The position numbers and the translations under genes are program-made. The notes beneath the pieces are model-generated. The model was not told the origin of the DNA. It ran no database searches and was given only the letters and a program-made list of their open reading frames with translations. From positions 1 through 64,000 of IMG/VR virus record IMGVR_UViG_3300030385_002649: 64,000 bases of DNA; one strand, 5' to 3'. This document shows positions 18,421-28,655 of this stretch, in pieces (within the stretch, counting starts at the first letter, position 1; every line of letters begins with the position of its first letter).

Positions 18421-18684
18421 ATGAAACACAAAGCCAACATCTCGTATGAAGATGACGTGGAAAAACGAGCACCCATCGACTTAACTGGTTTAAAGACTAG
18501 GCAGTTGATGAGTATGATGGCAACATCTCGCAAGTTCAACAACGGCATCTATAAAATCGGCACCGCTCAGTTCACATCTACTGAGTTGCTGAAGAAGGAA
18601 CTAGACACTAGGGAACATGTCCCTAACCGTGAAGAACGGAAGAAAACTCGCCAGGAGAAAGCTCGAAAGGGCCGCAACCGGTGA
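18421..18684 (+). CDS. Basic hypothetical phage protein
   Basis: LKKELDTREHVPNREERK. Confidence 0.65.
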   Translation: MKHKANISYEDDVEKRAPIDLTGLKTRQLMSMMATSRKFNNGIYKIGTAQFTSTELLKKELDTREHVPNREERKKTRQEKARKGRNR

Positions 18685-18962
18685 GTGCAGTGTGGCCGTA
18701 TGTGGACAACATGACGCAAGACATGTTGGATTTATTGTGGTCAGACGAGGCAATTGAAGCCGAGTGCCTATAACCACGAGAAAGCTCAGGTGGCTGTTGT
18801 TATGTTGCCAGCCAAAGCGGCCTCAGGTGAGTCAGTGGTACACGGTGCTAACATGGTTATGCATAGAATGGTCGATTATTGGAGAGACCGCATGTCCTTG
18901 ATAAAACCGTATAGACGACGGAAGCGGTAGGAATTTTAACATTAACACGGAAGGAGCTTCAA

Positions 18963-19727
18963 ATGAGTAGAGTCTTTGAAGCTGGAAAACAGTACATCTG
19001 TAGGGAGGCTCCGCAACCTGGGCATGGGCACCCATCATTTGCGCCAAACATGAGAGACGCAATTGGCGTCCCAATGACAGTCGCTAGCCGGTCTTGGTCT
19101 CCAGGGGACGGTTTCCCAACCGCAACGCTGAATCGTGTTGACGGCGGAGATGCGGGTCGCGGATATAGCTGGCACATCGACTGGATGGAAGAATACGTCC
19201 CAGAAGAGACAACTGTAGAGCGAAAGTTCGACGTCAGCAAATTGTACATCTGTCGAGCCGTTCCAGCAAGCATGGACGAGAACCCCATATTTGTCGGAGG
19301 TATGAGGGATCTTATCGGCGTACCGCTCAGGGTCTATAGAATAGATACTGACAACTGTGCGGGCTTGTGTGCCGTTGATAATCCAGATGGTACCAGATAC
19401 TCCTGGAACATCAAATGGGTCGAAGAATACAATGAGCCGCCTGCCGAGTTGACCAAGTTTATCGTTGGTGAGATATACATCTGCAACCAAGAACCAATAG
19501 ATCAAACACAAGAGCCCGTGTGGGTCACTGAAATGGAGAATTGCCTGCACAAGCCGCTGCGCTGTACTGTGACAAAGAGTTTCAGCGGCATCCCGTGCGG
19601 GTTCTTCTCTAACGGCTACTGGTACAACTTGAATTGGATGGAGAAGTATGGGTCTAAGTCGTCGCCTAGAGTGAAAGAGGCGGTTAAGGTTTCGGACTTG
19701 TTCGACTTTAACTTCACACCAAAATGA
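18963..19727 (+). CDS. Protein with three tandem ~75-aa repeats (small beta-barrel-like)
   Basis: Repeats begin F.xGKxYIC and end YSWHIDWMEEY / YSWNIKWVEEY / YWYNLNWMEKY. Confidence 0.75.
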   Translation: MSRVFEAGKQYICREAPQPGHGHPSFAPNMRDAIGVPMTVASRSWSPGDGFPTATLNRVDGGDAGRGYSWHIDWMEEYVPEETTVERKFDVSKLYICRAVPASMDENPIFVGGMRDLIGVPLRVYRIDTDNCAGLCAVDNPDGTRYSWNIKWVEEYNEPPAELTKFIVGEIYICNQEPIDQTQEPVWVTEMENCLHKPLRCTVTKSFSGIPCGFFSNGYWYNLNWMEKYGSKSSPRVKEAVKVSDLFDFNFTPK

Positions 19728-19948
19728 AGCGCAAAAAAGAATCAGCCCTTCCTAAGAAGAAAAAGGAGGGGTTGAATATCTTCATCTGCGAAACTCACAA
19801 CGCAGTGATGGTTGCTTATAACCGAGGACAAGCAGTCCAACTCCTTGGGAAGAAACTCAAGAAGGAGGGCAAGGTTCTGGAAAGGACTGATCCTGTGGTT
19901 GAGGTCGACTCAACTAAACCAACCGTGATAACTTGGGGAGAGGATTAG
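19724..19948 (+). CDS. Hypothetical protein
   Basis: ATGA overlap. Confidence 0.6.
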   Translation: MKRKKESALPKKKKEGLNIFICETHNAVMVAYNRGQAVQLLGKKLKKEGKVLERTDPVVEVDSTKPTVITWGED

Positions 19949-20170
19949 TGTATCATTTCGATGTTAGGAAGACGAGGTTAACGATTTGCTATCCGCGAAT
20001 TGCGAAACTTTTGAAGAAATACAAAGCCCGCTCGCCGAGACACGATGAGCATTATGACACTATCTTTTGGGATGGCGATACATGTCTCATCGTCGTATCG
20101 AAGTGGTACCTTGAGAGGGTCACGGACTCGGATCTAGTTGATGCGATCTGTAGGATTGATGAGGTTGAAA

Positions 20171-20461
20171 ATGGCTAAACCAGTTGATTATAATGGGAAG
20201 AAGTATCGGCCTGGCATTTACAAGTTTACCGATAGCCGGTATCCTCTATGGCTAGACACGGTTATCCGCAGCATTAAGATGAGCGGCACAGAAATGAGGT
20301 ACGAAATCATCGACAGCGTTCCTGAGGGGTACCGTGTTGGGCATACGGGTGGTATGCCATTGGTTTATTGGTCCCGATTTGAAACCGAAGAAGAAAAGCG
20401 TAAGTCGGCAACAATAAGTCCTACCAATTTATTCGATCACAATTTCAACAGTAGTATTTAA
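20171..20461 (+). CDS. Hypothetical protein, paralog of 17899..18171
   Basis: Shared motifs; GAGG RBS. Confidence 0.65.
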   Translation: MAKPVDYNGKKYRPGIYKFTDSRYPLWLDTVIRSIKMSGTEMRYEIIDSVPEGYRVGHTGGMPLVYWSRFETEEEKRKSATISPTNLFDHNFNSSI

Positions 20462-20482
20462 ATTTCTGAGAGAGAATCACAA

Positions 20483-20845
20483 ATGAGCAATTTCGACACG
20501 GAACTCCAAGAGTCTATCAACGATTTCACAGACAATCGTCAACCTTTCACGTCGTGGGACGTTCGAGATAAGTTGCGGGACCTTTATGGTCTGCAGGTGC
20601 GGTATCGTGAGACTAACTATGCTACGCTGACTTTCATGCAGCACAATAGTAGGGCCTTCGAGTATGTCGCACAGTCAATTGAAGTCTTAACGGGCGAGAC
20701 TGATCAAGCTACGGGTCAACCGGAGGTCGCTAACGTTTGGCAGTTCACTCCGGTTGAGGTCATGGTGAAGAGCTTGAAGAGCGTGGATCCGGCGAGTAAG
20801 ATCAAGACCCGCAAGGGCGGGTTCTTCTCTCGTCTCTTTAAGTAA
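20483..20845 (+). CDS. Hypothetical protein
   Basis: ORF track. Confidence 0.65.
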   Translation: MSNFDTELQESINDFTDNRQPFTSWDVRDKLRDLYGLQVRYRETNYATLTFMQHNSRAFEYVAQSIEVLTGETDQATGQPEVANVWQFTPVEVMVKSLKSVDPASKIKTRKGGFFSRLFK

Positions 20846-21042
20846 GATGTGGAGGGCATTGAATCTTTTCCTTATAGTTTCGCTCTTGAGTTTATCTGGA
20901 TCTGGATGTGGATCGAGGCGATGAGCAGTGCGATTGACTTTCCAGGGCTTATCGCGTGGACGATAAGCCCAATCGATTTTGTGTTTTGTCTAGCGTTCGA
21001 TCTGGTTCTATTGCCAATTGACATTTTGTTTGTGGTTTTTTA

Positions 21043-21447
21043 ATGGAAGAACACATAATCCCGGTTGAAATTATCACTCATGGTCATTTGATCATGATCG
21101 GTGATAAGGACGACATTATCAAGAAGTTAGAAAAGACACCCGTTAGGGAGTGGGAACCTCATGTGAGGGTAGACGCGTCTTTTCGAAAAATGCTCATCAG
21201 CCAAATTAGGAGGCGTGAAGATGAAGAAGTGGATGTTGACAGCAGCAATACTGGGCCTGACAATCTCCCTAACGGGGTGCTTGGGCCAGACGAAGCAGCT
21301 AGTAGCAGTGAACAATCAGGGGATCGCCAGTTGGAACAGCCAAGTGGCGGGGATCTCGACGAAGACCCTGTGGTGGCAGAAGACGACAGTGGGAGTGAGC
21401 AAGGAGAACAACCCTTGGGAGAAGTTCGTACGGACTCAACCGGTTGA
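21043..21447 (+). CDS. Hypothetical protein; 3' half overlaps the lipoprotein gene in another frame
   Basis: TAATG coupling to the upstream ORF. Confidence 0.5.
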   Translation: MEEHIIPVEIITHGHLIMIGDKDDIIKKLEKTPVREWEPHVRVDASFRKMLISQIRRREDEEVDVDSSNTGPDNLPNGVLGPDEAASSSEQSGDRQLEQPSGGDLDEDPVVAEDDSGSEQGEQPLGEVRTDSTG

Positions 21448-21667
21448 TAGCTGGCATAACCCTTGGGCTCAATCTGACCCTATCCTAGCGCCAGTGGGTA
21501 AATATCCACGGTCGAAAGAAATCCGAACAATTCGTCGGATTCATACTAAACACCAAGTTTATATTGTCCCTAAGGACAAGCTGAACGAGTTCTTGGAGAA
21601 GTATCCTGAATTCCGAAAGCAACTGTTCAAGGGCCACAAGAAGACTCAAACCGAGGAGGTTTATTGA
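21221..21667 (+). CDS. Putative lipoprotein
   Basis: AGGAGG RBS; MKKWMLTAAILGLTISLTGC lipobox. Confidence 0.75.
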   Translation: MKKWMLTAAILGLTISLTGCLGQTKQLVAVNNQGIASWNSQVAGISTKTLWWQKTTVGVSKENNPWEKFVRTQPVDSWHNPWAQSDPILAPVGKYPRSKEIRTIRRIHTKHQVYIVPKDKLNEFLEKYPEFRKQLFKGHKKTQTEEVY

Positions 21668-22173
21668 TGGATAATTTAATAGCAATCGTCTATAGTTTAG
21701 GAGCGTGCCTCCCAGCTGTGAGCCTGATTCTTTTTCTAGCGCACAAGCAACGAAAGAAGAAGAAGGTTTCTGAAGAAGAGCACTTCGAAGATCCAAACGT
21801 TTACATCAACGAGATGAAGACACAAGAGTTGATCGCTATCATCGAGCGGACGGCCCTTGAGGGATCCAAAATGTGGATGGACTGGGGTTTCTTCGGTTCA
21901 TCTGGCGACAACGCTCACACTCATAGTCGTTTGGCCCTAGAGCTTGAAAACGATGTGATGCTGTTCATTGACAAGGATGGCTCTGCTTATTATCGCAACA
22001 GTCACAGTGAAAAGAGTAACAGTTATGTTGAGGTAACTCTCCCTATCAACCCTGAAATGAAGGCCCGTCTTCAGTCTGTCTTCAACTGGATCATGGTTGA
22101 GCGAATTAGAGTGAGCATTGAGAATGCTCTCATGCCCGTAAAGAAAGAGGGAATTGATGTCGACACTGCGTGA
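21667..22173 (+). CDS. Hypothetical membrane-anchored protein
   Basis: N-terminal TM followed by a basic stretch. Confidence 0.65.
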   Translation: MDNLIAIVYSLGACLPAVSLILFLAHKQRKKKKVSEEEHFEDPNVYINEMKTQELIAIIERTALEGSKMWMDWGFFGSSGDNAHTHSRLALELENDVMLFIDKDGSAYYRNSHSEKSNSYVEVTLPINPEMKARLQSVFNWIMVERIRVSIENALMPVKKEGIDVDTA

Positions 22174-22666
22174 AGACTCGAACGAAGTCTATGGTGAGTT
22201 GAAGAGTGCTTTCGGACCCATTTTTAAGGTGGGGGCGTGTGGGATTCTCATGCTCTTCCTCCTTTTTGGAGTCGGTGGGATTCTGAGCTATGGGTTCGGG
22301 ATGGTCAGTGAAGCTGGTAGTGTTCTTCAAGAGGAAGCTGGTCCTCGTGCTCTGCTCAAGAAGTATGAGTGGTTCAAGGATGCAGCTGCTCGATTGAGCG
22401 CTTTGGATGCTGATCTTAAGGCATACGACGCTCGTATTGAGGACTTTGATGGCATGAAACGCTCAGATATGGACCGCACTGACAAGACTGAACTTAGCCA
22501 ATTGAAGGCTGAGCGAATTGGTCTGGTCGCTACTTACAACGGTCTGTCCGCTGAGTACAATTCTGCCATGAGCAAGGTCAATTATCGGTTCTGTAACGTC
22601 GGAGATCTGCCAGCTGGTGCTGAGCAAGTCTTGCCCCGAGGGTATCCGGTCTACAAGACTCGATGA
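22157..22666 (+). CDS. Membrane-anchored helical protein
   Basis: TM segment; KKYEWFKDA...YNGLSAEYNS. Confidence 0.7.
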   Translation: MSTLREDSNEVYGELKSAFGPIFKVGACGILMLFLLFGVGGILSYGFGMVSEAGSVLQEEAGPRALLKKYEWFKDAAARLSALDADLKAYDARIEDFDGMKRSDMDRTDKTELSQLKAERIGLVATYNGLSAEYNSAMSKVNYRFCNVGDLPAGAEQVLPRGYPVYKTR

Positions 22667-22742
22667 GTGATGACGATACCTACGAATGCGTATGGGCAAT
22701 CATCGTCGTTCTGTTTATTTTTTATTTTCTAGGAGGTTTCTG

Positions 22743-23339
22743 ATGCGTGTTGCGAATTGTGTTCTTGTTCTTGGTTTTGTTTTGTCATTGACAGCTTGTC
22801 CTGGCCCTAACGGGGCTGCTAAAGCTCCAGTCGCTGATACCGGTGTGAAACAAGCTCACGCTGACATCTCGACTGGCAATGATGGGATGACGACCGAGCA
22901 GCGAAACGTCAAGAAGCGATTGGAGATGGACAATAGCTCCGGATCGATCAAGCACTTGTACGTTGTCTCCTCCATGAGCGGAGACGTGATCGTCTATTCG
23001 ACGGTCAAGGGTAAGGTGACTTCTTCTGGGAAGAGGTTGACTCCTCGCACGGTTGACGCTGGAACTGAGACGACTGGTCAATACAATCGTCTAAACAAGT
23101 TCGGTGTTCCAGTCAACATTGGCGGCGCTAATTATCGTACCACTGAGGTGATCCAGGATGACGGCACGTTTGGGTCGTCTATTCCTTACCTCTACTGGTG
23201 GGATGCTCAAGGCCGCTATCACCAGCATTACGTCACTGGTGGACAAATCCTTCATATCTCGGATCAACCGATTCGGGCTGCGAAGGTCATTCTGAACATG
23301 GAAGTTCAGGGTGATTCTGAGGGTTCTTCCTCGGATTGA
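22743..23339 (+). CDS. Putative lipoprotein
   Basis: AGGAGG RBS; LVLGFVLSLTAC lipobox; YSTVKGKVTS...LTP, DGTFG. Confidence 0.75.
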   Translation: MRVANCVLVLGFVLSLTACPGPNGAAKAPVADTGVKQAHADISTGNDGMTTEQRNVKKRLEMDNSSGSIKHLYVVSSMSGDVIVYSTVKGKVTSSGKRLTPRTVDAGTETTGQYNRLNKFGVPVNIGGANYRTTEVIQDDGTFGSSIPYLYWWDAQGRYHQHYVTGGQILHISDQPIRAAKVILNMEVQGDSEGSSSD

Positions 23340-23345
23340 TGATCC

Positions 23346-23372
23346 CGTCCTGGGCAGGACGTTAAACTGCCC
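23346..23372 (+). ncRNA. Putative H-type pseudoknot motif, copy 2
   Basis: CGTCC-TGGGCA-GGACG-TTAAAC-TGCCC. Confidence 0.55.
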
Positions 23373-23394
23373 TTTATCCACACTAACGAACCTT

Positions 23395-23500
23395 TCATAC
23401 ATGAGATTGCAGTTATGATTTTTGCATGTTTGTTTTGCATATCGTAAGTTATAATTTCTTATATTTTATGATTGGTTAGATGATATTATAGTCACGTGGA
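23395..23500 (+). promoter_or_regulatory. AT-rich intergenic tract with TATAAT at 23450
   Basis: Strong local AT enrichment; no clean -35 at 17-bp spacing. Confidence 0.3.
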
Positions 23501-23704
23501 CGTTAAGCACAACCCTCCAGGGACGGAGACTAAACCGCCCGTTAGAATGATAGTTTAAGAGACAGTCTGCGCCCTGTTAGTTTGGGCGTTTAAACATTAG
23601 AGTTCTCATGGTAAAACGAGCGCATAACACAATTTGTGCTCATGCGGGTCCGAATCCCGTTCATTCTTTTTTCTAACCATTCCAACCCTTTATAAGGAGG
23701 AAAC

Positions 23705-24205
23705 ATGTCTCGATATACAATTGGGAAGAAAATTCATGAGATGCCTTTCAACCAAGGTAAGGCACTTGAGAACATATTGCATCCAGTGTGCCTCAAACTC
23801 GGGGTGCTCAGCCTAAGACACAGGATCGTCTGTCAAGAAGTAATCGACCGCGATTATTTGTTGCCAATCTTGGAAGAGGCTGAGCGCTGGTATCTAGATG
23901 ATTTCGAGCCTGACGAGGAACGTTCGATGATCGTCCCAAAGGAAGACATCAAACAATTCAAAGAACTGAACGAGATCCTAGAAACGATCATCAAGCGAAA
24001 CAGTCGCAAAAAAGAAAAGACCATCACCTACACAGAAGGCAAGAAATTGATTGATACATCCTCTTTCTTGCTTACCTTCGAACCAGAGGAGGATGACAGA
24101 ATTCGTTGTAAGGACGGTCACACTATGGAAAAGAAGACACTCCAAGATCTGGTGAACCACGTGAGGGACGCTAGTCCCGCTCTAATGCTCAAATGGCGAG
24201 ATTAA
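23705..24205 (+). CDS. Hypothetical protein
   Basis: AAGGAGG RBS. Confidence 0.7.
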   Translation: MSRYTIGKKIHEMPFNQGKALENILHPVCLKLGVLSLRHRIVCQEVIDRDYLLPILEEAERWYLDDFEPDEERSMIVPKEDIKQFKELNEILETIIKRNSRKKEKTITYTEGKKLIDTSSFLLTFEPEEDDRIRCKDGHTMEKKTLQDLVNHVRDASPALMLKWRD

Positions 24206-24604
24206 TGAGGGCAATTCTTTGGCCTCTATCATTGACCGTGTTCTTTGGATCAATGATAGTCCTGATTATTTCTTTATTGTATGGTGCTAGTGACAACACG
24301 ATAGAGGCGATCACGCCGTTCGTTGCTGTCTCAGAAGCGACGGCCATTTTCTGTGGATTATCTTTCCTGGTTTATGAGGACGGACCGGAGAACAACGGGT
24401 AATGTGCATAATTTGCGTCGATTTCATGAAACAATCTATTACTGTCAATGAGGCACATGGTATTTTATCAGAGATGCAGTCCGATTTGGACAAAGAACAC
24501 CTATTAGAGATTGAGGAGATGCTTAAAGCCGAACAAGAACACGACGATACTTAACAATACCATCATCAAGCCAAGTGGGTGCTATAACCCACTAAGGAAG
24601 AAAA

Positions 24605-24970
24605 ATGAAGCCTTCTACCATCACAAAACAAATCATCGCCTTGATGCAAGACCTCCCTGACGATTGGAGCGTTATCAAGGCGGAAGGCGGTGTTCTTTAT
24701 CTCAGGCACAAGTCCCAGATTGACGTCAAGCTAAAAGGCTATCATTACGTTGACGTCAATCTTGACGGTGAGGATACGCAGGTTATTCTGGGCTACTGGA
24801 ATTATCGAAAGATCAGGAAGGCCGCTCAAACTCTAGTCCGTGAGAAGACGATGAGGGCTATTGAACGGCATGACTTGCTTATCCCTGAGGACGAGATCAA
24901 GATCGGAGGTCTGGGCTCACTGGCTCTCCTCTCCAGCTCGGCGCTCGTTCGGCTGCCTCTTGAGTACTAG
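24605..24970 (+). CDS. Hypothetical protein
   Basis: ORF track. Confidence 0.6.
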   Translation: MKPSTITKQIIALMQDLPDDWSVIKAEGGVLYLRHKSQIDVKLKGYHYVDVNLDGEDTQVILGYWNYRKIRKAAQTLVREKTMRAIERHDLLIPEDEIKIGGLGSLALLSSSALVRLPLEY

Positions 24971-25174
24971 TGGGCGAGTTCAAGCCGAAAAGTCCGGGTT
25001 GGAAAAGCATTGAGGATCCCTCGGTGCAGACCACTCTTGGTAGGCTCAAAACAGTCAACGCTAAGAAGCGGACTGCTAGGAATAAGACGGTCAGAACAGT
25101 CCTGACCGTTATTTGTGGAGTTGCTCTCACTTTGTGGGTGTGCTTCCGTCTAATCCCCCAATTTTAGGAGAGTT

Positions 25175-25555
25175 ATGATTGAATTCGGAGATTCGGACAC
25201 TTCTGGTGACGCTGTTGCGAAGAAAACGCTTCATATTGTTACCGAGTGTACCGCAGCCGCAGCCGACAAAGGATTGGAGATTAAATTCCCAGAGGGAACT
25301 CTCTCTTATGTCCTAACGTTCAATCTCAGGCACCTTGCTAATGAGATTGACCGAATTGCCACCCTCACTCCGGAAGGAGCAGCTGAGCACGTTGCAAGTG
25401 CGAAGAGAATCAGTGAAGGAATCGAGAAGCTCTTAGACAGGGTTCAAGGTGTCGACAACGCTAACGTTGAATTCGATATTAATACTGAGGAAGATCTGGT
25501 TGATTTTTATCGTCGGGAAGGCTTGGAGCCTCCTGATGAGTCCGGAGAGGTTTAA
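25175..25555 (+). CDS. Hypothetical protein
   Basis: AGGAG RBS. Confidence 0.65.
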   Translation: MIEFGDSDTSGDAVAKKTLHIVTECTAAAADKGLEIKFPEGTLSYVLTFNLRHLANEIDRIATLTPEGAAEHVASAKRISEGIEKLLDRVQGVDNANVEFDINTEEDLVDFYRREGLEPPDESGEV

Positions 25556-25883
25556 CTCCGAGTGTCCCAAGTGTGGAGAGGGAATTTACTCTCTTTCTAA
25601 ATTCAGTTATTGTTGGCGGCATTTACAGCAGAAATGCCCCATCTGGAAGACATACGGTGGAGAACACCTGCACCGTACGTGCACTTGTGGATACATTTAT
25701 GCTATCCTCCCAAAAGACCAAAGTGACGAACTCGCAGAAGGAGAGTCGCAGGCGTGGTTGGATAGAAAAGTCGACGAAACTCTAGACATTACGGAAGATT
25801 CCGTCTTAATCCTTCCTGAGGATATAGATTGGGAGCCTCCTAGTGAAGATTTTCATAAACGTTCTGATATAGGATGAAACACA

Positions 25884-27071
25884 ATGGAATCAATTATTCA
25901 ATTCTTGCGTGACGCTAAGAATAGAGGACAGGACCCTCTACAAGCTCTACGTGATAGGAAAACCAACATCCAGATCTACCGAAATCCAGCCTACGATGAT
26001 CTCGTTGGCCTGAAATGCCTCGGAAAGGAACTCGGAAAGATTGATCGTGAGTGCAATGGGATTGTTATCGATGTGAGACGCATAATCCCAATTGCTGTGC
26101 CTTTCAATGTCTGGCGCAATGACAATGACAACGGCGATGCGCTATTCAATTGGTGTAACTTTAGCTATACTGACAAGGAAGATGGCTTTCTGGCTATCTT
26201 GTATTACTACGATGATCACTGGCAGGTTAACACCGATGACTCGTTCGGGTATGGCAAGGTGCCTAACTTTTCGGGAAACTGGAGAGACCTGTTCTGGAAG
26301 CACGCGCCTGAAAGTCTGATCGATGGGCTGCGGACGTATGATCGGAACGCGCACACCACTTTCTTGTTTGAGGTGTGCGCTCCTGAGATACGGACGGTCC
26401 GTAAGCATGCTGAGCCTAAGATCACGCTGGTGGGGATCAATAACTTCGATAGTCGTAGAATGCTGACTGACTATGGCGTCTATGATGTGATGAGTATGGC
26501 AAACAGGTTCGGCGTCAATGCCATCAAGTTCACCGAGTTCTACGCTCGTGGAGTCTCCAGAGCGAGAATAAATGCCATGGCAGAGATTAACGCTTATCTA
26601 GCGTCTAAGACCGAAAACGATCCGACCTTTGAAGGTGTCGTCCTTAGGGATGATCACAATCGGAGGCTTGTCATACAGACTGAGACTTTCAAAACTCTCA
26701 GGCGGTTGAAGGGCATCAAGTCCATGAAACCTGAGAACATCGTCCCGCTCTGTATGAAGGGCGAAAACGAACAGTTCTTTAGTGCTTTGCCAGATTGTGT
26801 TAGCGCTTTCAAGACGGTTAGCGGAAAGCTGACAGAGGCTTTTAAGGACCTGAGCGAGACTTGGATGTCACACAGGGAGCTTGAGACCAACAAGGACTTC
26901 GCCGAGCAAGTTAAGGAACACCCATTCGGTTGGCTCCTTTTTAAAATGCGTAAGATCAATCCTGGGGGCAGCCCTGAGGATCTTAGGCAACTTTGGCGCG
27001 ATAAGTGCCATCACCAAAAGATTTCCGAGAAGCTTTTCGGGGATCAAGTTCTAGAGTACACGGAGATTTAA
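25884..27071 (+). CDS. T4 Rnl1-like RNA ligase homolog, apparently degenerate
   Basis: KEDG (motif I), FLFEVCAP, EGVVL (motif IV) retained; motif V reads RLVIQ instead of KxK. Confidence 0.65.
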   Translation: MESIIQFLRDAKNRGQDPLQALRDRKTNIQIYRNPAYDDLVGLKCLGKELGKIDRECNGIVIDVRRIIPIAVPFNVWRNDNDNGDALFNWCNFSYTDKEDGFLAILYYYDDHWQVNTDDSFGYGKVPNFSGNWRDLFWKHAPESLIDGLRTYDRNAHTTFLFEVCAPEIRTVRKHAEPKITLVGINNFDSRRMLTDYGVYDVMSMANRFGVNAIKFTEFYARGVSRARINAMAEINAYLASKTENDPTFEGVVLRDDHNRRLVIQTETFKTLRRLKGIKSMKPENIVPLCMKGENEQFFSALPDCVSAFKTVSGKLTEAFKDLSETWMSHRELETNKDFAEQVKEHPFGWLLFKMRKINPGGSPEDLRQLWRDKCHHQKISEKLFGDQVLEYTEI

Positions 27072-27073
27072 TC

Positions 27074-27721
27074 ATGACGAAGAAAACCACCACTGCACTG
27101 CAAATCGACATCAACAAGATCGAGGTTAACACTGAGTTGACCAAGGATGACCTGATTGCCGTCGCGGTTAGTCATTACGAGCAAGGGCTGCTAGCCCAAC
27201 GCGATGAGTTGCAAAAGACCATCGCGGCGGCGCGGAAGGAACTCAAGACTAAGTACGCAGGCCGTGATAGCCTTATCAAGGCGGTGGTCATCGCTGAATA
27301 CGCTGACAAGGCAGCGGCGGTTGTTAACGCAATTGCAGCCCTAGGAAAGAAAGCGACCTTTAAGACTCGCTGGGTTTTCATCAACGAGCAGGAGTGGAAT
27401 GACCCCAAGATCCCTGAAGTTAAGGGTTATCTTGGGATCAATTCTACGAACAACTGTTATGAGTTCGTGTCAAATGACTTCGATTTCCCGCTGAGCGGTG
27501 ACATCCTCGTTGAGCAAAACGAGATCAATGCGCTTGACGACAAGCTAATCGAGCATATGGAAGAGATGACCGAGGTTCGTAAGGGACTGAATGGAATCTC
27601 CACCAAGGAGCGACAGGTTAAGGCTTCGTTTGCTGTCAACTTGCTGCAGAACGATGAGAAGGGCAAGGCTCTCCTTGCTTCGATCATGAACTCTGACTCT
27701 CCTTTCCCCATGCTGACTTAA
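27074..27721 (+). CDS. Hypothetical coiled-coil protein
   Basis: GGAG RBS. Confidence 0.7.
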   Translation: MTKKTTTALQIDINKIEVNTELTKDDLIAVAVSHYEQGLLAQRDELQKTIAAARKELKTKYAGRDSLIKAVVIAEYADKAAAVVNAIAALGKKATFKTRWVFINEQEWNDPKIPEVKGYLGINSTNNCYEFVSNDFDFPLSGDILVEQNEINALDDKLIEHMEEMTEVRKGLNGISTKERQVKASFAVNLLQNDEKGKALLASIMNSDSPFPMLT

Positions 27722-27761
27722 GAGGACGAGCGGGCGATCTTAGGGTCGCCCGCTCCTTCTT

Positions 27762-28655
27762 ATGAAATTGCATTATACAAACCGTCGACTTGATCTTGAC
27801 GGTTCCAAGGAATTCATCGCAGCAATAAAGCGTGATGCCCGCTCGTGGAGCAAATCGTCTGTCAAGGACCAGGACCCCGGAGAGTGTTGGTATCTGACTA
27901 AGTCTCATGAGGATATTGAGAAAAAAGATGATGGCGACGTAATTTTTGTAGATAACTACGACGATTTGCTCCACGAGCTTTACGTCAGGCATCCGAAGGA
28001 TGAGAATGGCTTATCTCCTGTGCAGCCAAATTCTGGGGGCTACATTTACATCGACGATACTAACCGTCACGTTGCTGATGACACGTCTCCCGATCTTCTA
28101 GCTGAGTACGCTAAGAAATATCCGTTAGTACTGTGCACGCTAAAACTACGTAATTCTGAAAAATGTGTTGACATCTCGGAAAGGTATTCTACTCAGTGGA
28201 TCTGGCGCGGAGAATATTTAGTCAATGCACGGTCGATTGAATACAACCCGAAGATGGCCAAGGAAAAGGTCGCTAAGAGAAAAGCTTTAATCGGACGACG
28301 CATCAAGAATAACAAACTTGGTGTTAAGACTTTGAAGTCGATTTATTGGAGGCTTGGAAGCGTGATCTTCGACTTCATACAAGAAGACGAGCACGATTGG
28401 TTCCACGTTGGCAGAAAAACCAGAGATCGTTTGATAAAGAGGATCAACCATTATGTTATGGTTGTTAAGAAACTGAAGCTTAGTTTCAGAGATCAGACAA
28501 CCTGGGGATCCATCGTTGAGCTTAAACCGTTCGTCCCTAATTTGTTGAAGCATAAAAACGAGGAATACGTCAAGCTTGGCAAGTTTTTACGTGCTGAATT
28601 GCGCAGGAAGAAGGATTATCATGCCAATGTTCCGAGTTGTGATAAACCGTCATGA
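27762..28655 (+). CDS. Hypothetical protein
   Basis: 297-aa ORF. Confidence 0.7.
   Translation: MKLHYTNRRLDLDGSKEFIAAIKRDARSWSKSSVKDQDPGECWYLTKSHEDIEKKDDGDVIFVDNYDDLLHELYVRHPKDENGLSPVQPNSGGYIYIDDTNRHVADDTSPDLLAEYAKKYPLVLCTLKLRNSEKCVDISERYSTQWIWRGEYLVNARSIEYNPKMAKEKVAKRKALIGRRIKNNKLGVKTLKSIYWRLGSVIFDFIQEDEHDWFHVGRKTRDRLIKRINHYVMVVKKLKLSFRDQTTWGSIVELKPFVPNLLKHKNEEYVKLGKFLRAELRRKKDYHANVPSCDKPS

Noticed and set aside
25533-25560. Hammerhead ribozyme (CTGATGAGTCC...)
   Set aside because: The required stem II closure and GAAA are missing, and the site lies within a CDS.
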